A program made the translations under genes and the position numbers. DNA of 64,000 nt from Prasinococcaceae sp. CCMP 1430 (lineage: Eukaryota > Plantae > Prasinodermophyta): contig RQSC01000019.1 of the NCBI GenBank assembly GCA_013416795.1, forward strand, positions 191,993 to 255,992. Direction: 5' to 3'. This document shows, one piece after another, positions 48,299 to 59,939 of the stretch. Every line of letters begins with the position of its first letter. Positions within the stretch are counted from its first letter, which is position 1. Under the pieces are notes generated by a model. That model was not told the origin of the DNA. It ran no database searches and saw only the letters and a program-made list of their open reading frames with translations.

Positions 48299-48974
48299 TC
48301 AGCGCGCGCGCGCCGCATTAAGGTCAGGGTCCACCCAAATCGCACAAGTGTATCTCTTTTGACGTACAATCCTTCTTTGAGAGGTTCAGGTTTCGTCGCC
48401 GCGCGCGCCCGCAGCCCGCGGGGGATCGGGATCTCGCTTCTCTTCTATCCGCTCCCGCCCGCGCGGGACCGCGCGACGGCGGCTTCGCGACGCGCGCGCG
48501 CGCCCGAACCGCGAAAAAGCGCGGAAATCCACCATTTCCACTCCCCACATTCCGTCGTTTATGCGGCGGGGCGACGGCGGCCAATTACTACTCTCTTCCT
48601 GTCCATCGCCGCGCGCGATCGTTCGTTTCGCGCTTTCGTTTTCGACGGAGCGGTCGGCGCGGCGCCCCGCGCGCGCCTTGAGTTTTTTGGTTGGCGTTTT
48701 TTTTTTCCATCCCCGCGAGATCTGCCCGAGCGCACTGCGGAGATCTGCGCGCGGTGCGGTGCGGTGCGGGCCCGCGCGCCGCGTCGCGCCGCCAGATGCG
48801 AACCCTGCCACCCGCAGGCGGCCTGACGCAACCGCAAACCCACCCGCAAAACCTTAACCGCTCTCGCGGAGTCGCCGGGCGCGCGCTCGGCCCGGTTGGG
48901 TTCGAACGCGGCGCGCGAGCCCAGGGCGGCGATCCCGCAATCCGGCGGGCGCGCTTGCAGCGACGGCCGCTGCC

Positions 48975-49260
48975 GTGCGCGCGGGCGTCGATGCATGGTC
49001 GGCGGGGAACTATGATACAGCGGTAAAATCGTGGCAGGGTCCGGCCGCCAAGGGCGATGCCGATGCGCTGTTCAACCTCGGCCAGGCCTATAAGCTCGGT
49101 CGCGGGGTCAAGGCCGATCTCAACCAGGCCGAGACCTGGTATGGCAAGGCCGCTGCCCAGGGCCATGAGCAGGCCCAGGCCAGCTATGCCCTCGCCCTGT
49201 TCGCCAATGGCAAGCGCGATGCCGCCGCGTCGTGGCTCCAGCGCGCCGCCGGCCGCGGCG
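48975..49260 (+). other. Bacterial Sel1-repeat protein fragment (resembles N-terminus of sphingomonad Sel1/SPOR proteins)
   Basis: VRAGVDAWSAGNY...AAKGDADALFNLGQAYKLGRGVKADLNQAETWYGKAAAQGH. The frame differs from the downstream HISN7 exon, and TAT/GAT/AAT codons are frequent, unlike the host genes. Confidence 0.7.
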
Positions 49261-50384
49261 ATGGACGCGGCGGCGGAGGCGGTGCTGGACGCCGCGACGG
49301 AGGTGGCGCACAGGATGACCGACGCCGCGGGAGAGATCGTGCTGCCGTACTTCCGCACGCCGCTGCAGGTCGAGGACAAGCAGCTCACCGAGGAGATGTC
49401 GCCGGTGACGATCGCCGATCGCGCCGCAGAGAGCGCGATGCGCGCCATCCTCGCCGAGACGTTCCCTACGCACTCGATATTCGGCGAGGTGCGTCGAGCG
49501 ATAGGCCGCGTGCGCACGCGGAGGCCCGATCGCGCGGCCGCCGGTGCCCCTCCCCCTCTTCCTCGCCCGCCCTCCCGCCCGCCCGCTCCGCCACTCATGC
49601 GCCCCTCGCTCATGTCCCCGCTGCCTCCCCGCGCGCGAGCTCTGCTCCGCCGGCGTCTGACGCCAGGGCCGTTCGCACCTTGCGCTCTGCGCGCGCGCGG
49701 CCGCACAAATTTCGCGATCGCTGCGGCCGTCTGATCACCCGCCCGCAGGAGCACGGCTTCACCGAGGGCAGCGATCCGGACTGGACGTGGGTGCTCGACC
49801 CCATCGACGGCACCAAGTCGTTCATCACCGGCAAGCCGCTGTTCGGCGTGCTGGTGTCGCTGCTGTACAAGGGGGTGCCCGTGCTCGGCATCATCGACCA
49901 GCCGGTGCTGCGCGAGCGGTGGGTGGGCGTGCAGGGGCGGAAGACGACGCTCAACGGCAGCGAGCTCGCCGCGCGCGACTGCGGCGAGCTCTCCGAGGCG
50001 TACCTGTACGCCACGACGCCGCACATGTTCGAGGGCTGGACGGCGCCCGCGTTCGACGCGCTCCGCGGGCGCGTGCGCGTGCCGCTGTACGGCTGCGACT
50101 GCTACGCGTACGGCCTGCTCGCGGCGGGACATTGCGACCTGGTGGTCGAGGCCACCATGATGCCCTACGACTACATGGCGCTCGTGCCGGTCATCCAGGG
50201 CGCCGGCGGGGTCATCACCGACTGGCAGGGCGGGCAGCTGCGATGGGACGGGCCCGCCGAGGCCGACGGCGCGCGCAGGCAACCGCAGGAGGTGCTCGCC
50301 GCCGGCGGGCCGCGCGTGCACGCCGCGTGCCTCGAGCAGCTCAGGCAGTACGCCGACGCGGCGCTCGGGGAGCCGGCGGCGTAG
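49261..50384 (+). CDS. HISN7: Histidinol-phosphate phosphatase (IMPL2/HisN, inositol monophosphatase family); intron 49489-49748; transit peptide missing
   Basis: SPVTIADRAAE, GE|EHG, WVLDPIDGTKSFITGKPLFG, YGCDCYAYGLLA and GVITDW. Confidence 0.92.
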
Positions 50385-51411
50385 GCCGGCCGGCCGCGGC
50401 CTCCGGCCCAATTTTTTTTTTGAACGGGGCGGCCTCTCATTTCCTCAATAAATTGTAAAACAAACCTTTTTTTTGCGGGGAGAGGGAATTCGCGTCGCCC
50501 CGCGCACCATCGGATTCAGATGCGCTCCAATTCCGAGGCAAATCCACCCACGGGCGACTCATTCACGCCATCAAAAACGCATCCGACGAGTCCGACGCGC
50601 GCTGCGACGCGACGCCGGCGAGGCACGCGAAGGAACGCACTCGCCAGCCATACGGCGGACGCGACGGCCGACGCCTTCCACGCCCACACCAGCGCGTCGG
50701 CCGCGTGCGACGTTCCGCGGCTCGTGTGAGAGGTGGAGGTCGGTTGGGGGACGCGATCCCGGCCATATTGCGAGCCACGTACCGACCCGCCGGCGGACGC
50801 CCTCTGTCCTCTGGCTGGCTGGGCCTTCGTTCGTGCAGCGCGTGTGCAGTAGGCCGCTCCGCTGCATCAGCTGCAGCTGCACACAGGTTCGTTGTCGTCG
50901 CGCGCGCATGCGTGTGCGCGGTGCGCGGTGCGCCGCGGATCGCGCGCGCGCACGCTGATGTGGCGCGCGCGCTCTTTTTTGCGCAGCACGCTCTGAAGGG
51001 GCATTTCGCGGAGCGGGGCGCGCGCGGGCGCGGGGAGGTCAATTTGGAGTGATGGCGAGTGCACGCGGGAGGAACTCCGCGAAACGGGTGCAATCGCGCG
51101 CGGGTGCGCGCGCACGCGCGCGCGCGGGCGCCGAGGGTGGAAAGGCCAAATCGGGCAGCTCGNGGGGGGCGAGGGGGGGGGGGGAAGGGGAAGGGGGGGC
51201 GTGGTGGCACGGGCGCGCACGCGCGTGGCCGTGGCCATGTGTGTACGTGCGTGCGTGTGCGTGTGTGCTTGCGTGCGTGTGCGTGCGTGCGCGCTCGACC
51301 CCGGCCATTGCGCCACAGCCCGCGTACGGCGCGCATCGCACGCATCGCACGCCCGCACCGCGCGCGCGACACGCGTGGCGCACCCGGTCGCACGCTCCGG
51401 AGGTGTTGGTG

Positions 51412-52035
51412 GGTGAACAATCTAGGCAAGGCGGCGTTCGTGGTGGAGCTCGACGAGGCCGCGTGCGAGCGCGACGCGGCGCGCAAGGCGCAGTGCAACG
51501 CCTCGCCCACGCGTCTCGAGGTGGGGTCCGCCTCGCCCGCCGCGGGCCTGCGCGGCGCGGGCCACACCATCCACGCCGTGCGCGGCGCGCACCCGCTGGC
51601 GACGGCCGACGAGCTCTCGCGGGACGTAAACTCGGCCGCCACCACGCTCGGTGCGTCGCGCCGACGCATCGGCGGCACACAAACACGCATGCGAGCGCAC
51701 GCACGCTCGCAAACGCACGCACGCGCCCCTCTGACGCCGCCCTGCGCGCGCGCATCGCCGCAGACGGCACGCCGCGCGAGAGCGGCATCGCCTGCGCGGA
51801 GGAGCGCGTGCTCGACTGCCCGGAGGAGTACCAAGACAACGAGGGCGTGTGCTGGTTCGAAGTGGAGGAGGGCCCCAACGGCCACCCGATGCTCTTCCTG
51901 ACCGACTTCGGCGCGGAGACCAAGCTCGAGGGCGCGAGGGTGGAGCCGCAGAAGCGGATCCCCCTGCACGAGGGGTCGCACCTCACCATCGCCGGCACGG
52001 ACTTCATCGTCCGCAGGCACGAGGCGGCGGAGTGA
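51412..52035 (+). CDS. Unknown protein with FHA-like C-terminus; intron 51651-51763; 5' unresolved
   Basis: In-frame splice TTL|DGT. LFLTDFG..TKLEGARVEPQKRIPLHEGSHLTIAG resembles the end of an FHA domain. Confidence 0.5.
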   Translation, partial: GEQSRQGGVRGGARRGRVRARRGAQGAVQRLAHASRGGVRLARRGPARRGPHHPRRARRAPAGDGRRALAGRKLGRHHARCVAPTHRRHTNTHASARTLANARTRPSDAALRARIAADGTPRESGIACAEERVLDCPEEYQDNEGVCWFEVEEGPNGHPMLFLTDFGAETKLEGARVEPQKRIPLHEGSHLTIAGTDFIVRRHEAAE

Positions 52036-52329
52036 GCCGGCGCGGGCACGCGTGTGTGCGTGTGTGCGCGCGCGTGCGTGCACGAGCCACGCACAGGGGG
52101 CGAAGCACGAGGGAGGACGAGAGCACGAGGCCGCCGCCGCGCGGGCGAGTCTTTCTAAGTTCGGTTCAGTCAACGCGTATCTGCACACGGGCCCCGCGCA
52201 CGCGCACGCGCACGTTCGCGAGCGCGGCGGCGAGGGGTTTTCGGTCCGGTTCGGAGTTGAAGCGTATCTGTACACGGGCGAGCGAGCGCGGCCTCCTCCG
52301 CGGCGCCCCTCACCGCCCCCCGCCCCACC

Positions 52330-55300
52330 TCACGCGCTGGCGGCCTCGAGCTCGGCAATGGGGACGTAGACGAGGTCCTCCGGGACGACGGGCTCGCAGC
52401 GCGAGCACAGCGTGGGGTGCCTCTCCGACTGGCCCACGGTGGTGGAGTACGTCCAGCAGCGCTCGCACTTGCAGCCGTGCGCGTTGGTGACGCCCAGGGT
52501 GACGACGCCCAGCCCGTCCACCTCCGCCTCGGCGACGAAGGCGGGGCACTCCGCGCGCACGGCGTCGGCGTCGGCGCACATCTCCACGCCGCTCACCAGC
52601 AGCGCGTAGCGCAGCTCGTCCACGCCGTTGCCCTCGCCCTCCTCGGCGCACGCCGCTGCCAGCCGCGCGGCGCCCGCGGCGTCGGTGGCGTGCAGGCACA
52701 CGCGCGCCTCGAGCGACGCGCCGATGACCTTCTCCCCGCGCGCCGACTCCATGAGCTTGTTCACCTCGTCGCGCAGCGCCGCCACGCTGTTCCACAGCGC
52801 GTTACCCTCGTCGCCGGCGCCCGCCGCCCACTCCGCCTCCGTCGCCGCGAAGCCCGCCTCGAACACCGACTGCGCGCCGCCGGCCTCCTCCCACGGAATC
52901 GCCTGGAAGGCGTCCTCGGCCATGTGCGGCGTGAGGGGCGCCAGCATGCGCACGTACGCGCGCACGGTCGCCGCGAGGACCGTCTGGCACGAGCGCCTGC
53001 GGAAATCGTCCGCGGCGGAGATGTACAGGCGGTCCTTGCCCATGTCGAAGTAAAAGTTGGACAGCTCCACCACCGCGAACTGGTTGAGCGCCTGGTAGGC
53101 TCGGAAGAACTGGTACTGGTCGTACGCGCCCTCCACTTCCCTCACCAGGGCGTCCAGCTTGGCCAGCATGAACTTGTCGAGGCTCGGGAGCTCGGCGTGC
53201 GGCACCGCGTGCACCTCGGGGTCGTAGTCGTCCAGCGTCCCCAGCATGAAGCGCATGGTGCCGCGCAGCTTGCGGTAGACGTCCGCCACCTGCGCGAGGA
53301 TGCCCTTGCCGATGAGCACGTCCGTCGAGTAGTCGACGGACGCCACCCACAGGCGCAGCACGTCGGCGCCGTACGGGGGCTCCTGCTTCTGGTTGTTGCC
53401 CCCGTTGATCACCAGGCGGGGATCGACCACGTTGCCCAGCGACTTGCTCATCTTGGTGCCCTTCTCGTCCAGCACGAAGCCGTGCGTGAGCACGCGCTCG
53501 TACGGCGCGCGGCCCTCGGACGCCACCGCCGTGAGCAGCGAGCTCTGGAACCAGCCGCGGTGCTGGTCGCTGCCCTCGAGGTACAGGTTGGCGGGGAACT
53601 CGAGGCCCTCGCGCGCCTGCACCACCGCCGCCCAGCTCGAGCCCGAGTCGAACCACACGTCCATCGTGTCCATGCCCTTGCGCAGGCCCGGCGCCAGGTG
53701 GCGGTGCGCCTCCGGCAGGAGCTCCTCGATGGACATGGACCACCACGCGTCCGAGCCGTGCTCGCGGAAGACCCCCTCGATGTGCTCGAGCGTCTCCTCG
53801 TTGAGCAGCGGCTCCCCGGAGTCGGTGTCGTAGAACACGGGGATGGGCACGCCCCAGGTGCGCTGGCGCGAGATGCACCAGTCCGAGCGCCCCTCGGTCA
53901 TGGACGTGATGCGCTTCTCGCCGCTCGCGGGGAACCACTGCACGCCGCGGATCGCGCTGAGCGCCGACTCGCGGAAGCCCTCCACGCTCGCGAACCACTG
54001 CTCCGTCGCGCGGAAGATCGTCGGCTTCTTGGTGCGCCAGTCGTAGGGGTACTTGTGGTTGTACGGCTCCTCCTTGAGCAGCGCGCCGGCCGCCACCATG
54101 CGCTGCACGATCTCCTCGTTGCCCTTGTCCAGCACGGGCAGCCCCTCGAGGCCCTCGCCGGCCTCCGCGGTGAAGCGCCCGCGATCGTCCACGGGCGACA
54201 GCAGCGGCAGGCCGTACTTCTGGCCCGTCACGTAGTCCTCCGCGCCGTGCCCGGGCGCGGTGTGCACGAGGCCCGTGCCGCTCTCGGTGGTGATGTACTC
54301 GCCGCCGATCACCACCGGGGACGTGCGCCCCGCCAGCGGGTGCACGTAGCTGCTGCCCTCGATGTCCTTCCCCTTGAGCGACGCCACCGTGCGGAGATCG
54401 ACGCCCAGCTTGGCCGCGAGGGCGTCCTTGAGCCCCTCCGCCACCAGGAGGTACTTGGTCGGCCACGGCAGCGGCGCGCCTGCCTCGTCCTCGGCGGCGG
54501 CCGCCGCGGCGCCGTCCGCCTCCACGAGCACGTACTCGAGCCGCTCGTTGACCGCCACCGCGAGGTTGGCCGGGATCGTCCACGGCGTCGTCGTCCACAC
54601 GGCGACGCCGACGTCCGACGCCGACGCCCCCGCGGGCAGGGCGCCCGAGAGCGCGTCCGACGCGGCCTCCAGCTTGAACGCCGCGTAGATAGAGCGGGAC
54701 ACGTGGCCCTCCGGGTACTCGAGCTCGGCCTCGGCGAGAGCCGTCTGGCTCGAGGGGCTCCAGTTGACGGGCTTCAGGCCCCTGTAGATGTGCCCATTGA
54801 GCACCATGCGGCCGAACACGCCGACCTGCGCGGCCTCGTACTCGGGCTTGAGCGTGAGGTACGGGTCGGACCAGTCGCCGAGCAGGCCGTAGCGCATGAA
54901 CTGGTCGCGCTGCTTGTCCACGGTCTCCAGCGCGAAGGCCTTGGCCTTCTCGCGGAGCGTGACCGGCGTGAGCGCGGCGCGCTCGTCCTTCTTGAGCGAC
55001 TGGAGCACCTTCAGCTCGATGGGCAGCCCGTGCGTGTCCCAGCCCGGCACGTAGCGCACGCGCTTGCCCTGCAGGGCCTGGTAGCGGTTGATGAAGTCCT
55101 TGAGGATCTTGTTGAGCGCGTGGCCGATGTGCAGGTCGCCGTTCGCGTACGGCGGGCCGTCGTGCAGCGTGAACGGCTCGGCGCCCTCGCGCGAGCTGAT
55201 GCGCTCGTACACGCCCTCCTCCTGCCAGAACGCCTGAATCTCGGGCTCGCGCTTGACGCTGTTGGCGCGCAGCTCGAAGGGCGTCTTCGGCAGCCGCACG

Positions 55301-55396
55301 GTGTCCGAGTACACGCTCTTGGGCTTCTTGGGCTTGCGACCCTTGCCGCCGCCCTTGCCGCCGCCCTTGCCGCCGCCGTTGGCCGCGGCCGCGCAC
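52330..55396 (-). CDS. ileS: Isoleucyl-tRNA synthetase, organellar (type 1); first exon not identified
   Basis: HDGPPYANGDLHIGH, WCISRQR, KMSKS and C-terminal CERCW...CSRC zinc finger; acceptor CAG ends at 55397. Confidence 0.96.
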
Positions 55397-56437
55397 CTGC
55401 GGTGCGCCGGCGCCAGCGCGCTCGTGTGGCCGCCCGGCACGCGCCCACGCGCGCACGTCAGGGCTTACGCGCGCGCGCGCGCGGGGGCGAACCGAACAAA
55501 CGCGCGCTTTGGCCCAACGAAAATACGTGACTCGTATCGTACGTTTGCATGCATAAACCGCGCTTATGCTCACTCGAAATCCCAATCCGCCAATATTATG
55601 GAACCTGCGTCGAATAAACCCTTAATGGTGCTTTGGGTTTGGTCCGAGCGAGAGGGCGCGGCCGCGGCGGCCGCCACGTCGCCCTTTTTTTTCCAAGGCT
55701 TTTTTTCCGCGTCGGAGCGCGCCGCGCGTTTTGGTTCGAAATGATGGGGAAAGCCACGCGCAGGAAAAAAAAAGTGAGCCCACATCGCATTCGCGTGCAA
55801 GCGAAACACCGTCACGTCACACACGCGCGGGTCGGAGCTATTGCGGTGGACCGGGTATCACAACCGGTCAATTCACCCCGACGCCGGATTAATCCCGTTT
55901 CGGGTAAAGGTGAATCGGGTGTGTGCGCGGTATGTGGTTGAGATGGGCGTGGTGTGTGTCGCCGGCGGGGGCGAAGCGCCTTCGTTTTGATCTTCTTTCG
56001 TTTTGACGTGCCGTCCGTCGGCGCCCCAGCCCCGCCCACCCCCGCCGGTGACTGGCGAGGCGCGTCGCGCGCGCCCCGGGTGCCGCCGCCCTGACCCCGG
56101 TCTCACTCGGATTTGACCGGGTGTGTACGACCTGTCCACCCCGGTAAATCGGAGGGACCCCCGCTTGCGTATCTGGTTCGGCCAGGGAAACGAGTGGCGT
56201 GGAGTGCACGGGCGCGCGCGCGCGCGATATCTCGCGACCGCAACATCTTTGGGGTCAATCCAAACAATAGGGTTTATTATTAGATCCATGTTGACGTGCA
56301 ATCACCCGTCGTTGGGGGGTGGGGTGGGAAAACCCGAACCGGTGAGACGGCGAGAAAGAAGCGCGCGCGCGCGCGCGCGCGCGCGCGCGTGGCGCGGCCC
56401 CGGTCGAAACGCACGCGCGCGCGGCCTAGTGCGCGGN

Positions 56438-57186
56438 CGGCGGCGGAGCGCCTCAACACGGTGCCGCCGTGGGACGAGGCGCGCGCGCGCCTCAAGGCGG
56501 GCGCGGGGGTCGAGTCGTTGGCGCGTGGGAGCGCCGAGCGGTGCCTCCGCGACGGCGTGTGGCGCTCGTACGATAGCGCGAGGCCCAGCCGGCCGGCCGT
56601 GGTGCTCGACGTGCGCCGCGAGTCGGCGTTCGCGGCGGAGCACCTCCCGGGCTCGGTCAACCTGCCCATCTTCACCGAGGACGTCGCGGGCGTCGTGCAG
56701 CAGTCGACGCTGTCGCCGACCGACATGATGCTGAACAACAACTACCTGTTCCGGTACTTGAGCCTCGGGACGGTCATCAACGAAACGTTCGTCGACAAGG
56801 CACTGGAGGTCGTGGAGGGTGACCTCGACACCCCGCTGTTCGTCATGTGCGCGCGCGGCGGGAACCTCGACGCCACGAACGACGCCTTCGGGCGAGGCGT
56901 TCCGTCGCACAGCCTCGTCGCCATCGATGCCCTGCGCTCGGCGGGCTTCAGCAACGTCATGCACGTGGAGAAGGGGTACTATGGGACGCCAGACGACGCC
57001 CTCTGCGAGACCCGCACGGTGCCCGCGAACGCGCCGCACAAGGTGCTCTCCGGCGGGCTCGTCGCGCTCACCCTGGGAATCCTCTTCGCACCGACCATCT
57101 CGGGCGTGCTCACCCACTTCGTGCCTGGAGACATCGACCTCGCCGTGCTCAGCGCGTCGCAGCTGCTGAGCTCGCCGTGGGAGTGA
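56438..57186 (+). CDS. Rhodanese-domain protein with C-terminal TM segment; 5' partial
   Basis: VLDVR..S.F...HLPGSVNLP, VMCARGG and LRSAGFSNVMHVEKG. Confidence 0.8.
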
Positions 57187-57498
57187 GCCAAACCAACACC
57201 GCACACGTGCGCACGCAACCCACCTACACCCAACCGCATCATCGACGCTCGCGCACACACGCGCGCAGCGAAGCGAAGCCAATCCCGATGGGCGCTCAAC
57301 ACAGGAGGGCGCCGCGCTGAAAGTGGCGGCAGGCAAGAATCTGCGCGCTCGGCCGTGCGTATGCGCGCAGCACCAACTCCGCTGGCTGGCCTGCCGAGTT
57401 GCATGTATGAGTAGGGAGAGAAAGTAGAGATCACTCTAGTAGAGAGGAAGAGCACGAGTGGTAGAAGAAGTACATTATTGTATAAGAATGTCGACACC

Positions 57499-59528
57499 TC
57501 ATGCCACTCCCGCGGGCATCGCGGCATGCGCCACCTCCATGGCGCCTGTCGACGGGGCTGCCGCCACAGTGGCCTCGGAGGCGCCCACCGGCGCCGGCCC
57601 CTTCCTGCCGTTGCCAAGGAGCGAGATGGTCTCCAGACCTTTCACCGACGCCTGGATTGGCGACAGCGGCGAGCGCGCGTCGGGACCCTCACACGCATCG
57701 AGCGCGCGCGCGGAGTGTTGCCTCAATGCGGTCGCCTGCGTGCCGTCTGCGTCGCTCTCGCGCGTCGCGAGCGTCGGGCGTCCTCCGTCGGTGTCCCCCC
57801 CGGCTGTCCACTCCTTGAGAGCGCGCAGCTCCTCGCGCTCGAGCTCCAGGCGCTCGCGCTGGCGCTTCAGGCGCTCCTCATCGGCGGCAGACTGCACCTC
57901 CAGCGCCTTGATGGTAGCGAGGAGCGACAGTGCGCGCGCGCGGCGTCGCTCGCGGGCGTCATGCGCAGCACGCTGGCGCGCGGCGAACTCGAGCGTCACG
58001 CCGCTCACGAGTTCGGGGATGCGCGCGATATCCATGCCAGCAGCGGAGAGAACCTGCGCGCCCGCGCGGGCGCCCACCGTGTGAGCGAGCGCTGCACGCG
58101 CGCGCAGGGCGTGCGCGCCGAGCTCGGATCCTGCATCGGGGTGCGCCCACGGCGCCGGGAGCGGCTGCAGGTGCACCAGCTGCAGAAGCCACAGGTCCGA
58201 GAGGGCGCGCGTGCCGTCCCAGCCACCGAAGGCAATCGCGGATGCCGCGCCGGCGGATACCGCAGCGGCGTGCGACCGCGCGCAAGGGCCCGCCGCGCCG
58301 ACGCCCACGTCAATCGGGCCGCGTGCACCACCCCCAGTAGAATCGGCTGGCCCTTCGCCATCGCCACACGCGCACTCACTCACCAGCGCGCCTTCCCGTG
58401 TAGCCACGCCCTCGACCGCGGCCCCGCCGCCGCCCGCTCCTTCGCCCGGCAGCGTCGCGAGCATAGTGTCGATAGCCTCCGCGTAGCACCTGTGACTGCT
58501 CGGATTCATCGCGCCGTACATCGCGGCCGCGTCGGCGCTGAGCGCCGCGGTCGCGTCGGACGCGCCGGCGGCACCCACCGCCGCTTCGAGGGCGAGCACC
58601 TCCGAGTCGGGCATCGCGTGGCCGAAGAGCGCAAACAGGCGGCGCGGGCCGAAGCTGTGGGCGCCCGCGCCCGCGCCGCCTGCGCCGTCTTCGCCGCCCA
58701 ACGCGACCGCACAGTGGCCCATGCGCGCGCCCACGCCCTTGCACGGTCGCCGCCGCCAGCGCATCTCGACCAGGTCGAGCGTGAAGACCGCGTCACTCGG
58801 CCCGCGCGGGCTGGCGCCGCCCGAGAGGACGAGCTGCCAGCCATTCGCCGTGAGCGCGTGCCCCGACACCGGTGGCAGCTCGGCGTCCCCCGCCACCGCA
58901 GGCCTCGACCAGTGCATGCGCTCGAGGTCGAGCACGTAGAGGTCGGCCAGTCGCTGCTCGCCGTCGTAGCCGCCTACCACTACCATGGCGCTCGAGGAGA
59001 TCATGCAGGCCGCGTGTCCCTCGCGCGCGCAGGGCGCCTCGCCCGTGCACGCCAGCTGGCGCCACGCTCCGCCTGCCAGGTCGTACGCGCAGGGGTGCGC
59101 CAAGAGGCACCCAGAGCTGCGACCGCCGAAGACGACGACGCTGCTCTGCGCCGCCCACAGCACGGCGCTATGAAATGCGCGCCCGCTGAAAGCGCGCCAG
59201 CCCTGCGCGCCCCCCTGCGCGCCGTTCACCCGCTCCCACTTCATCGACGTGAGGTCCAGCCACCACCCCTCCGCGCTGCCGGTAGGCTCCTCAGCCGACA
59301 CGCCGCCGAGCACCAGCAGCGCGTCGCGTGGCGCGGCCGCGGCGCCGAGGGTGTCCACACATGCGCGCCTGCACGCCGTCATGGTGTGGCCGTACCTTCC
59401 CGCGGGCGCTCCGCCGCCGCCGCCGCCGCCGCCGGCGCGCACGCGCACCTGGGCGCGTCGCCCGCCGCGACCGCCATCGCCCGCCGCGACGTCGCCTCGA
59501 GCTCCAGCGCCACATCGCCCACCGCCAT
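57499..59528 (-). CDS. Kelch-repeat protein with C-terminal coiled coil; possible intron 59396-59448
   Basis: Kelch blades RYGHT, RAFHS..VFGG, AREGHA..VGGYDG, ARSHA..FGGWDG...LSDLW. Confidence 0.8.
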
Positions 59529-59939
59529 CGCCTCCTCGCGCCCCCTTGCCCCAGCGGCCTTGCGGCCGCCGGCTGGGGCGCTCGCCGGCTCGCGCGCCCG
59601 ATGTGGCTCCCTCCCTCCCTCCCTCCCGCGCCACTGCGCCACTGCGCCACTCCCTCGGCCTGTGCCCCCTCGCAACCGTACGCGGAGCAGGGCGAATCTA
59701 CGGAAAAGTCATCCGCGTACACACCATTTCAATCCATTGGAATCAATTCAGAACTTCCATCCGAAATGCAATCCGCGGGCTGCAGGTCGTCGGTCGGAGA
59801 ACGCAGGCGGGCGAAACGGGAGGGGGGGGGGGGAGGGGAGGTGCCAGTCGCCTCGCGGCGGCCCCGCGCGAGCGACGACGGCCCCCCTCGCGCGGCTGCT
59901 GGGCGTCGTCCCGATCGAGGAGGCCGGCCGAGGCGAGTG

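Noticed and set aside
48975-50384. Sel1-IMPase fusion protein suggested by the 469-aa ORF
   Set aside because: The ORF reads through HISN7 exon 1 out of frame and through its intron, so it is not a real fusion.
52160-52279. Short direct repeat (gcgtatctg.acacgggc x2) between convergent genes
   Set aside because: Too short and local to assign a function.
52417-55585. Very long antisense/alternate-frame ORFs over ileS (also over myosin, argH, hemC, CFAP57)
   Set aside because: Shadow ORFs expected from high GC3 codon bias; low-complexity R/A/G translations with no motifs.
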